Source of the DNA: Candidatus Caldarchaeum sp.
GTDB taxonomy: Archaea > Thermoproteota > Nitrososphaeria_A > Caldarchaeales > Caldarchaeaceae
Reading direction: 5' to 3'
Length of the DNA stretch: 24,000 bases
Assembly (NCBI GenBank): GCA_033580815.1
Contig: JAVQUC010000013.1
Coordinates: forward strand, 2,655-26,654
Every line of letters starts with the position of its first letter. The first letter of the stretch is position 1. The position numbers were made by a program, and so were the translations under genes. Of the stretch, positions 16,427-24,000 are shown in pieces. The notes under the pieces are model-generated. The model saw nothing but the letters and a program-made list of their open reading frames with translations, did not search any database and was not told the origin of the DNA.

Positions 16427-17611
16427 TCAGCCGACGACGAGTTCGTAAGCTTTCAGTATCTCGTTGTTAGTTTGGGCGAGCGGCCAAAGTTTTGCGGACC
16501 GAGACAGTATATCAGGAGTTATGTCGCTGAAGAGCCTCTTCTTCGCCTCCGGCGAGATGAGGTCCATCACGTATTTGACGTCTATCCCGGGGTACCAGTT
16601 GTATCTTTCAACGATGACTTTGGCCTGAACTTCGGGGCTCGTCATGAGTTCGATTAACTGCTTGGCTCTTTCCGGATTACAGGCCTTGGCGGGAATCACG
16701 AGGTACATGGCCAGCCCTGGAAGGCCCGGCTCTGGTATGTAGAGCTTTATGTGCGAAGGCATACGTCCGTCAATCATCCAAGTGTAGAACATGTCGACCC
16801 ACACCGGAGCCAGCCATATTTCTTCGCGCGCAAGCATGTCAAGGGTTCCAACGTTGCCCGCAGTGATAGTTACGTGCTTGTTGAATTCCTTGAGTTCCTG
16901 TAGAGCGCTCGTCACCTTGGTTTTAATCAGCTCCGGGTCGTGCGGGCCTTTCACAAGCCTCTCGTATTCTCCCGTTTTCCAGTAGACCCATCCGAGCACA
17001 AACCCGACTCCGGATAGTCCGCCCTTAATACCGTTGTACCCAAATTTTGACGGGTTTTGCTGAACCCATTTCACGATTTCTTCGAAGCTTTTCGGCGGCT
17101 CCTTAATGTATTTCGTGTTGTACGCCATAGCCACCTGACTGTGGATAACGGGAATTCCGTAGCCTTCGATATTAACGCCCAGAGCGACTTTGGCGTGTTC
17201 CGAGGTTACGTATTTCCACGTTGAAGTTTCCTCGGCGAATTTCATCAGCAACCCTTCCGGAATGGCCCAAGACATGAAAATTTGGTGAACGAAAGCAGCG
17301 TCCACATCCCAGCACGCTTTGTTCGCGTCCCGCGCGGCCTTGATTTTCTCGAAGATTGTCCTGCTCCCAGCGTCGCCCGGTCCCGTGTGAATCGTTACCA
17401 AATGGACGTCCGGATGCTTTTCCTCAAACATCGGACCAATGATGTTCTGCATCATGTTCAGCTGGCTCACATCTCCCGCCGTTGCAAACACCATCTTGAT
17501 TTTACGTTCTGGACCTGTAGCCGCTGGAGACCCTAAAACAAGCAGACCAACGACCAAAACCACTGCGACTGCCGCCACGACACCGATTGGAATCAGACTC
17601 TTCGAATTCAT
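16427..17611 (-). CDS. ABC transporter extracellular substrate-binding protein, copy 1
   Basis: Internal ATG MNSKSLIPIGVVAAVAVVLVVGLLVLG signal segment. PotD/ThiB-type binding-protein architecture (AMAYNTKYIKEPPKSFEEI..). The track ORF adds 15 aa upstream. Confidence 0.9.
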   Translation of the reverse strand: MNSKSLIPIGVVAAVAVVLVVGLLVLGSPAATGPERKIKMVFATAGDVSQLNMMQNIIGPMFEEKHPDVHLVTIHTGPGDAGSRTIFEKIKAARDANKACWDVDAAFVHQIFMSWAIPEGLLMKFAEETSTWKYVTSEHAKVALGVNIEGYGIPVIHSQVAMAYNTKYIKEPPKSFEEIVKWVQQNPSKFGYNGIKGGLSGVGFVLGWVYWKTGEYERLVKGPHDPELIKTKVTSALQELKEFNKHVTITAGNVGTLDMLAREEIWLAPVWVDMFYTWMIDGRMPSHIKLYIPEPGLPGLAMYLVIPAKACNPERAKQLIELMTSPEVQAKVIVERYNWYPGIDVKYVMDLISPEAKKRLFSDITPDILSRSAKLWPLAQTNNEILKAYELVVG

Positions 17612-17662
17612 TTTTCCGCGGCCATCTCGATTATCGCCTACGTAAAAAACCTTCAAAATAGC

Positions 17663-17673
17663 GGATATATTTC
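17663..17673 (-). promoter_or_regulatory. TATA box of binding-protein copy 1
   Basis: Minus-strand gaaatatatcc, about 57 nt upstream of ATG 17611. The flanking sequence is conserved with the copy-2 promoter. Confidence 0.6.
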
Positions 17674-17794
17674 AAAAAAACCAGTATAAATCACTTTCAG
17701 CCAGAATAATCAAACAAAATAGATAAATCCGAACAAATCGTGATCTGAAAAAAGTCAACTTAAAGTTCATTCCTCACCTAAAACAGTATTAATT

Positions 17795-17839
17795 ATTCCT
17801 TTTTTCCCTCAGACAATCACGAAAAGATAAAAAGGGAAT
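17795..17839 (-). terminator. Candidate imperfect stem-loop or oligo-T terminator between binding-protein copies 2 and 1
   Basis: Minus-strand ATTCCCTTTTT...AAAAAAGGAAT just downstream of the copy-2 stop, with T-rich tract cccttttTATCTTTTC. Confidence 0.35.
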
Positions 17840-17855
17840 TTATGCTGTCTTTCTT

Positions 17856-19043
17856 TCATCCCACGACTGTTTCGTAAGTCTTCAGAATCTCCGTGAAAGT
17901 CTGTGAAAGCGGGAACATTCTTCCATACTTTGACAGGATTTCAGGAGTTATATCTCCGAAAAGTCTCTGTTTCGCCTCCGGTGAAACGTAGTCCATCACG
18001 TATTTCCCATCTATCCCAGGATACCAGTTGTATCTTTCGACGATGACTTTCGCCTGTATCTCCGGGCTTGATATGAATTCAATTAGCTGTTTGGCTTTGT
18101 CCGGTGAGCATGCCTTCGAAGGTATTACAAGGTACATCGGCTGACCCGGAAGCCCAGGTTCTGGGATGTACAGTCTTATGTGCGACGGCATACGGCCTTC
18201 GAGCATCCACGTGTAGAACATGTCAACCCAGACAGGGCCCATCCAAATTTCTTCGCGCGCAAGCATGTCAAGGGTTCCAACGTTTCCGGCCGTGATGGTT
18301 ACCTGCTTGTTGAATTCTTTGAGCTCAGCCAAGGCGTTAGCCACCTTCGTTTTAATTAGTTCAGCGTCGTGGGGTCCCTTTGTGAGTTTGGTGTACTCTC
18401 CAGTTTTCCAGTAAACCCATCCGATCACAAACCCTACCCCAGACATCCCGCCTTTGATGCCGTTGTAGCCGAATTTTGACGGGTTTTGCTGAACCCATTT
18501 CACGATTTCATCGTAGCTCTTCGGCGGCTCTTTCACGTATTTCGTGTTGTAGGCGATCGCTACTTGGCTGTGGAACAGTGGAATTCCGTAGCCTTCGATG
18601 TTTGTTCCGAGAGCTGTTTTCGCGTGTTCTGAGGTGACGTACTTCCAAGTCGAAGCTGTTTCAGCATACTTCATCAAAAGACCCTCCGGAATCGCCCACG
18701 ACATGAACACTTGATGCACGACGGCCACGTCGATGTCCCAGCAAACCCTGTTCGCATCTCTCGCGGCCTTAATCTTCTCAAAAATCGTCCTGCTTCCGGC
18801 GTCACCCGGACCCGTGTGAATTGTGGCCACCTCAATGTCTGGATATTTCTGTTCAAACATCGGACCAATTACGTTCTGCATCAAAGCCAGCATGTTTACA
18901 TCTCCCGCCGTGGCGTAAACGATCTTCGTTCTTCGCTCAGCACCTGCCGCCAGCGGATTACCCAGGAAGAATACGCCAACCACCAACGCTACCGCAACGA
19001 CCGCCGCAACCACTCCTACAGGAACTAGGTTTTTCGGGTACAT
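17856..19043 (-). CDS. ABC transporter extracellular substrate-binding protein, copy 2 (tandem paralogue)
   Basis: MYPKNLVPVGVVAAVVAVALVVGVFFLG signal segment. Mature region appears roughly three-quarters or more identical to copy 1 by eye. The track start 19058 is TTG; ATG 19043 aligns with the copy-1 start. Confidence 0.9.
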   Translation of the reverse strand: MYPKNLVPVGVVAAVVAVALVVGVFFLGNPLAAGAERRTKIVYATAGDVNMLALMQNVIGPMFEQKYPDIEVATIHTGPGDAGSRTIFEKIKAARDANRVCWDIDVAVVHQVFMSWAIPEGLLMKYAETASTWKYVTSEHAKTALGTNIEGYGIPLFHSQVAIAYNTKYVKEPPKSYDEIVKWVQQNPSKFGYNGIKGGMSGVGFVIGWVYWKTGEYTKLTKGPHDAELIKTKVANALAELKEFNKQVTITAGNVGTLDMLAREEIWMGPVWVDMFYTWMLEGRMPSHIRLYIPEPGLPGQPMYLVIPSKACSPDKAKQLIEFISSPEIQAKVIVERYNWYPGIDGKYVMDYVSPEAKQRLFGDITPEILSKYGRMFPLSQTFTEILKTYETVVG

Positions 19044-19093
19044 GTTACCGCGGCTCAACGTAACTTACACGACGTAAAAAATGTTCTAACACC

Positions 19094-19104
19094 AAAATAT
19101 ATTT
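19094..19104 (-). promoter_or_regulatory. TATA box of binding-protein copy 2
   Basis: Minus-strand gaaatatatttt, about 56 nt upstream of ATG 19043, matching the copy-1 layout. Confidence 0.6.
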
Positions 19105-19162
19105 CAGAAAAAACGCTATATGCTCAAAACGAGAAGAAAACCGTTTCAAAAAAATTATTTCA

Positions 19163-20239
19163 TCATTTATCGACTATAATCATCTTTTCCGGAATAAACT
19201 CAACATACACCTCCGACCCAGCATCAAAAGAGCTTTCCGAAAAATCTCTCAATTTGAGCTGGCCACCACCGAAACTAAGCGTATACTCTATCCTATCGCC
19301 TAGAAAAGTCTTCTTTGATACCTTACATTTAACCGCATTTTTGTCATTTTTTTCCGCGATTCGCACTGTTTCCGGTCTCAATACAAGATAAACATTTTGT
19401 CCCGGTGTGAATTGCTTGTTTTTCGGCTTTTTAGCCTTAATTTGACTGCCACCATTGACCTCAAGTATTGCATCTTCCTCCGATGAATCAAGGATTTTTG
19501 CCTCAATTATGCTGCTTTCCCCGATGAACGTCGCAACAAAGCTGTTTATGGGCTCCCTGTAGATTTCTTTCGGAGAACCGACTTGGATTATCCTTCCGTT
19601 TGCCATCACGGCGATTCTGTCCGAAATCGTGAAAGCCTCAAGCTGGTCGTGGGTGACGTACACCGCAGTTATATCCAGACTTTTCAGAAGTGTTTTCAAT
19701 TCGTACCTAAGCCCTTCCCTGAGTTTCGCATCGAGGTTGCTGAGAGGTTCGTCGAAAAGAATGGCCTGCGGATTTAAAGCTAGAGCGCGCGCCAACGCTA
19801 CTCTTTGCTGCTGACCGCCGGACAGCTGCGTCGGATACCTTGCTTCGAATCCTTCAAGCTGAACTAGCTCCAAAACCTGCTTGACGACTTTTCTTATTTC
19901 CTCCTTGCTCTTCTTTCTAAGCTTTAACCCAAAGGCGATGTTATCAAAGACCGTCATGTGAGGCCAAAGAGCGTAATCTTGGAAAACCATAGCAAGGTTT
20001 CTCTTTTCAGGCGGAATATCGGTGATGTCCTCGCTTCTCACGTACACTCGGCCGGCGTCCGGGTTCACCAACCCAGCGATAATGCGAAGTGTGGTTGTTT
20101 TGCCGCATCCGCTCGGGCCGAGTATCGAAAAGACTTCGCCCTTTTCGATCTCTAGATTGACGTGATCGACCGCAGTTGTATTCCCGAATTTTTTCGTGAC
20201 GTCGTCAAGACGGATGTGGGGCAAACCTAGATTCGTCAT
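19163..20239 (-). CDS. ABC transporter ATP-binding protein (MalK/PotA-like, canonical motifs)
   Basis: Walker A GPSGCGKTT, LSGGQQQR, Walker B AILFDEP, VYVTHDQLEAF, C-terminal TOBE-like region. Confidence 0.93.
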   Translation of the reverse strand: MTNLGLPHIRLDDVTKKFGNTTAVDHVNLEIEKGEVFSILGPSGCGKTTTLRIIAGLVNPDAGRVYVRSEDITDIPPEKRNLAMVFQDYALWPHMTVFDNIAFGLKLRKKSKEEIRKVVKQVLELVQLEGFEARYPTQLSGGQQQRVALARALALNPQAILFDEPLSNLDAKLREGLRYELKTLLKSLDITAVYVTHDQLEAFTISDRIAVMANGRIIQVGSPKEIYREPINSFVATFIGESSIIEAKILDSSEEDAILEVNGGSQIKAKKPKNKQFTPGQNVYLVLRPETVRIAEKNDKNAVKCKVSKKTFLGDRIEYTLSFGGGQLKLRDFSESSFDAGSEVYVEFIPEKMIIVDK

Positions 20240-20275
20240 GACATCGATAGGGGTTGTAAAAAATTTTCATCCAAG

Positions 20276-20298
20276 CTGTTTTAATCCTGCAAAAACAG
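20276..20298. promoter_or_regulatory. Inverted repeat CTGTTTT-N9-AAAACAG next to the ATPase-gene TATA box; candidate operator
   Basis: Perfect 7-bp arms. TATA-like ctatatac (minus strand) lies immediately upstream and the predicted transcription start is near the repeat. Confidence 0.4.
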
Positions 20299-20480
20299 TA
20301 TATAGAAAGGACATCGAGTTGGTTTGATGAGGTTCGGAAACTAAGATGTTGGCCAAAACGCAAAAACTGTAACGAAAGCTTCTGCAGAAAGGAAGAAATG
20401 GCAAAGCCCGACCGCTCAGGGAAAACCGGCGTGGGCAAAATTTTTAATCAAGAAAAACATATAAACGGTCAGCAAAGGGC

Positions 20481-21200
20481 TTGACAGAAACTGATGAAAG
20501 CAGACGCCTCAACTTGATGAACATCATCGCCGGTGAAGTGGTTTTCTCCAAAAGGCCGGGCGATGTTTTGAAGAAGTGGCGTATGTTGTTTGAGCTCAGC
20601 CAGAAGAACATGGCTAAAGAAATGGGGATAGCATCTTCGGTTTTGAGCGATTACGAGAAAAACAGGCGCAAGTCTCCGGGAACAGAGTTTGTGAGACGCT
20701 ACGTAGAGGCTCTGATACGTCTGGACGAGAAAAAAGGAGGACTGAAGGTTCGTCAGTTTTCTTTCGACGTCCAGAACCTTTCTGGGGTCGTTTTGGGGAT
20801 GGCCGAATATCCTTCGCCAAAGACTATGGCGGAGGTGGCGAAGCTGCTCAAGGGTGTTTGGCTCGCTGGACAAAGTCAAGGCGGCTACCCAATCTACGGC
20901 TACACCGTTATCGACAGCGTCGAAGCCATAAAAAAACTGGGTCCCTACGACTTCTTTAGACTCTTTGGAGCGAACACGGTGAGGGTCGTGGTGTTCACGA
21001 ACGTTTCGAGAGGTAGGTCACCTATAATCGCGGCCAAAATCTTCCCGGTGAGGCCTCGGATGATCGTGATCCATGGACCTAAATCGGTAAAGGAGGTGGA
21101 CCCGTTGGCGATCGAGTTGGCCGAAGCCGAAGGGCTACCCTACGTGCTTTCTCTCCATGAAAAAGTGGAGAATATTTTGTCGAGCCTCAGTTCGCCGTAG
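20481..21200 (+). CDS. Archaeal XRE-family HTH transcriptional regulator (COG1709-like), two-domain
   Basis: HTH ELSQKNMAKEMGIASSVLSDYEKNRRKSPG. Start uncertain: TTG 20481, TTG 20514 or ATG 20517. TATA-like catataaac at about 20456-20464. Confidence 0.82.
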   Translation: MTETDESRRLNLMNIIAGEVVFSKRPGDVLKKWRMLFELSQKNMAKEMGIASSVLSDYEKNRRKSPGTEFVRRYVEALIRLDEKKGGLKVRQFSFDVQNLSGVVLGMAEYPSPKTMAEVAKLLKGVWLAGQSQGGYPIYGYTVIDSVEAIKKLGPYDFFRLFGANTVRVVVFTNVSRGRSPIIAAKIFPVRPRMIVIHGPKSVKEVDPLAIELAEAEGLPYVLSLHEKVENILSSLSSP

Positions 21201-21621
21201 GGGCCGCCGTTCTTTTGACGAGTCGGGCAGTTAGGATGCCGTTGACGTAACGAAGCTCCCTGACTATCGCCTCGAAGGGAAGCTTGACGGTTCTTCTGAA
21301 ACCCATGCCTCCTTGGAGGATGAGCTTCCGGCCGAAAAGCTCGAGCTTTACCTTGTTCTCAGGGCCTGGCACTTGAGCGGTCAAGTCAACTACGTCCCCT
21401 TCCTGTCTCAGCTCGAGCAAGTAATCATCCCAAGCCGCTGTTCTGATGGATTTTCTCAACGCCATGAACCAGTAGACTGCGAGGCCGACCGCCAGAGCTC
21501 CTAGGAGTAGTCCGAGAAGACCGCTCTGAACTCTGATTAGAAGCGAAAGAGCCGCGACCATGACTAGTATAAGCATCAGAACGCCGAATAAGTTGACCCC
21601 ACCTCTCACTTCCTTTGTCAT
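21187..21621 (-). CDS. Two-TM protein with cytosolic Hsp20/alpha-crystallin-like domain
   Basis: LFGVLMLILVMVAALSLLIRV and GLLGLLLGALAVGLAVYWFMAL TM segments, then GDVVDLTAQVPGPENKVKLELFGRKLILQG..FRRTVKLPFEAIVRELRYVNGILTARLVKR, which fits the Hsp20 pattern. ATG 21621 overlaps the upstream gene stop. Confidence 0.6.
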   Translation of the reverse strand: MTKEVRGGVNLFGVLMLILVMVAALSLLIRVQSGLLGLLLGALAVGLAVYWFMALRKSIRTAAWDDYLLELRQEGDVVDLTAQVPGPENKVKLELFGRKLILQGGMGFRRTVKLPFEAIVRELRYVNGILTARLVKRTAAPTAN

Positions 21622-24000
21622 CAACCCGTCACCCGCACCTCGACGTACCTCAAGACCGTAACACCTGATGTTTGATAGATAGCTCCTAAATATAAGCTAT
21701 CGCCAGAAATCCAGTAAACAAGAATTGCGCCGTATTCCTTCCAGTATTCTAAAAATTTGTCCAACTCGTTTTTAATTTTGTCGAAGCTCTGTTCGTCGGT
21801 GTAGTTATGGCTAGCTACCTTGTACACGATATTAGCATTTATCTGTTCAGGAGTCTCGTCGCCTAGCCCTTTTTCCCTCAGCAGGTTCTTGAGCCGATTT
21901 ATACGCTCCTCCCTCGTTGCTGGCAGGCTCGGCGGGGGCGCCGTTTCACCCGCCATCTTGTAGAGGTAGTTGGCGAAAGCTTTCTCGATCGTATCCCCGA
22001 GGCCTACGTAGTAAAGACCTGTGAAAGCGGCTCCAACAACCGCTATGGTTCCTAGCTGGGTGACAACCCCTTCTCCTTCTCTTGCCGTATAGACCGGGAT
22101 GACGTAGACCGGGTGTTCGCCGACCTCATAGAAGATTGTTTCCCCGATGCGGGGTGAAGCCAGTAACGTGCTAAGGGTCCTGAAGTCAGGGTCACGCTGA
22201 AGAGCTTGAAGCGCCGCCGACGGCCCCAACAGCTTGGTGGGCGAGTCGAGGGGTACTTTGTAGAAATACATTTCGCCGAGCCATGGATAATCGTTCCTGA
22301 CCACCGCGTAGCCCGCTAGGTTCTGCCCCCTTGCCCCACGAAGCTCAAGCGAGAGAATGCCGATGAACTCGATTTTATCGCTGTTAGGCAGCCTTGTCAT
22401 CACGTAGTATACCTCGACTCCTTGAGGGATTTCGTAGAATTCTCTCGCCTGTATGAATGTAGCGGGGTCTTCTACGTGGTAAAGGGAGAACAGGCGTATC
22501 TGATACTGGAATAGTTCAGCTGGGTATCTTATCTGGTTTTGAAGCCATTGAGCCACTTCGCGGGTGACGAAGTCTGCGTAAACGTTTTCGAAAAGCTTGG
22601 AGAAGAAGTCGTCTCCCAGCATTATCAGTTTTATCGAACCGTCGTAAACGTCGACGAGGCCAATCCCCACGAACCTCACGTAGGGGTTGCCGTTTGACCA
22701 AGGCGTTTTATCCGTGGGTAAAGCGACTATGAGGGGGATCATCCAGTAAGTTCTCCGGCCGTCCGTCACGGGGAACATGTCAACGTAATCCTCGCCGAAG
22801 ACGTAGTTGAAGTAGGGGAATAGAAGCTGGACCCTCTCATGGACATCCCTGTATCTCAGAAGATGTATTTGCTTGTCTGGGTAGCTTAGAAAGAATGTTA
22901 TGTCGTACAGCCAGCTCAAAGGCGGGCCGATTTCGACTCCCCCGTTTCCGTTGTATCTCGCACCGCCTATTTCGTCGGGACTTTCCTTCCCGACCACAAT
23001 AGCCGCCCAAGCCGCTGAAAACAGGCTACGCGGACCACCCTCCCCATAGTAAATTCGCCTCTCCGTGAAAAATTTCGAGCTGTCGATGACTTCGCCTTGA
23101 TGAGCGTCTAGCATCAGGAATCCCTGCGGGATGTGGGTGTAGACCAGATGCATGTTGTACCATACATCCGCGGCTGTGACTGTTGGTGGAAGGACTGGTT
23201 TCATCGAAGCACTCCAGTAAAGACTTCCGTTAAACCTAAGAATATCTGAATCTTCGAAGTCGATGTAGGGTATCAAGCCTATTTCAGGCCTCAGCTTAGC
23301 GAAGGCGGCGTCCCAATCCCACAAACGCGTTCTTTCCAAAATATCCCTATTCGATTCTAAAATCCTGGATACGTCAGAGCTTGTTACCCGAGTTCCGCTA
23401 AAATTGTAGGTCAGAACTTTTACATTCAAGCCTGCGAGATATCTATTGACGTTAATTTCTTGAAGGACATAGGGACCTTTATACTCGATTTTCTGGGCGT
23501 CTGCGATTGTGTTTTGGACGGCCACTACCGACGCCGTGGCGAGTCCAAGTATGACGAGTAGCCCTATCCTTAGGTAGATGTTGTTAAGGAAGCGTTTTCC
23601 GCGAAGGTCGAGGAATCCAAAAAGAGCCAATATCGCCGATGCAATGAAGGCTGAGACAACGAGAACACGTGTGTTGTAGTCGATCGAGCTGCTTAAAAAC
23701 AGGTTGAACCCTGTCCACGCCAAGCCGAGGCTGGCCAAAAACTCTAGCGTGGAAGCTTTGATGGTTACGGTTCCGGTTTCTCCGAACGACACCAATGCTC
23801 GCGCAAACACTTTGAGAACATTTGTCAACCCTATGAGGAGAAACAACCTGATTCCGATGGCTGAGAAGACTGGTGGAACAAGAAGTATCAGACTAGGTGA
23901 CGCATCGATAACGGCTTGCGCTCCGCTTACGTCCCCGCGGCCGAAAGACGTGAAAGGAAGGAGGAAAATCTTTGGAATGTTCGCTAGCCCTGAGTCCCAG
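21621..24000 (-). CDS. UPF0182-like (COG1615) large membrane protein, N-terminus beyond the window edge
   Basis: Track ORF 21621..23846 begins at a TTG, but the same frame stays open to base 24000 (WDSGLANIPKIFLLPFTSFGRGDVSGAQAVIDASPSLILLVPPVFSAIGIR|LFLLIG). TM segments are followed by a soluble region with RTRLWDWDAAFAKLRPEIGLIPYIDF and INRLKNLLREKG. Confidence 0.8.
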   Translation of the reverse strand, partial: WDSGLANIPKIFLLPFTSFGRGDVSGAQAVIDASPSLILLVPPVFSAIGIRLFLLIGLTNVLKVFARALVSFGETGTVTIKASTLEFLASLGLAWTGFNLFLSSSIDYNTRVLVVSAFIASAILALFGFLDLRGKRFLNNIYLRIGLLVILGLATASVVAVQNTIADAQKIEYKGPYVLQEINVNRYLAGLNVKVLTYNFSGTRVTSSDVSRILESNRDILERTRLWDWDAAFAKLRPEIGLIPYIDFEDSDILRFNGSLYWSASMKPVLPPTVTAADVWYNMHLVYTHIPQGFLMLDAHQGEVIDSSKFFTERRIYYGEGGPRSLFSAAWAAIVVGKESPDEIGGARYNGNGGVEIGPPLSWLYDITFFLSYPDKQIHLLRYRDVHERVQLLFPYFNYVFGEDYVDMFPVTDGRRTYWMIPLIVALPTDKTPWSNGNPYVRFVGIGLVDVYDGSIKLIMLGDDFFSKLFENVYADFVTREVAQWLQNQIRYPAELFQYQIRLFSLYHVEDPATFIQAREFYEIPQGVEVYYVMTRLPNSDKIEFIGILSLELRGARGQNLAGYAVVRNDYPWLGEMYFYKVPLDSPTKLLGPSAALQALQRDPDFRTLSTLLASPRIGETIFYEVGEHPVYVIPVYTAREGEGVVTQLGTIAVVGAAFTGLYYVGLGDTIEKAFANYLYKMAGETAPPPSLPATREERINRLKNLLREKGLGDETPEQINANIVYKVASHNYTDEQSFDKIKNELDKFLEYWKEYGAILVYWISGDSLYLGAIYQTSGVTVLRYVEVRVTG

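Noticed and set aside
16427-19043. Tandem binding proteins as an assembly duplication artefact
   Set aside because: The copies differ at many protein and nucleotide positions and in their linkers, so they are real paralogues rather than a collapsed or repeated assembly segment.
20469-20879. 136-aa - strand ORF
   Set aside because: Antisense to the XRE-type regulator HTH domain; no supporting motif.
1-24000. CRISPR arrays, transposases, integrases, toxin-antitoxin or phage genes
   Set aside because: No regularly spaced repeats and no recognisable mobile-element or defence proteins in any frame; apart from the tandem binding-protein paralogues the window reads as ordinary chromosomal metabolism and transport.

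Overview
This 24 kb window looks like a dense archaeal chromosomal segment. The evidence is TATA-box promoters about 25-30 bp upstream of likely leaderless starts, an intron-containing tRNA-Trp, and tungstate/molybdate-type ABC genes. No CRISPR array, mobile element or rRNA was seen. It contains: (1) a probable polyol/sugar uptake and catabolism island (312-11586), with a Zn-dependent MDR dehydrogenase, FGGY kinase and orphan protein on +, facing a - strand cluster of SAF-domain homoserine-dehydrogenase-like oxidoreductase, two ABC ATPases, a small DUF2160/GlpU-like membrane protein, two permeases, a DhnA/LsrF-type class I aldolase and a large Tat-like substrate-binding protein; (2) a ModE-like regulator divergent from a three-gene tungstate/molybdate-type ABC transporter (11784-14599); (3) tRNA-Trp(CCA) with a 26-nt bulge-helix-bulge intron (14650-14750); (4) a second ABC importer (14754-20239) with tandem paralogous substrate-binding proteins, each carrying a copy of the same promoter/leader; (5) an XRE-type archaeal regulator, a two-TM protein with an Hsp20/alpha-crystallin-like tail, and a UPF0182-like membrane protein whose frame runs off the right edge. 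The most interesting observations are the archaeal six-component GlpSTPQUV-like importer linked to an unassigned carbohydrate pathway, its apparently asymmetric ATPase pair (degenerate signature in one subunit, missing H-loop His in the other), and the membrane-anchored Hsp20-like protein. All family assignments come from reading motifs by eye; no database search was run.
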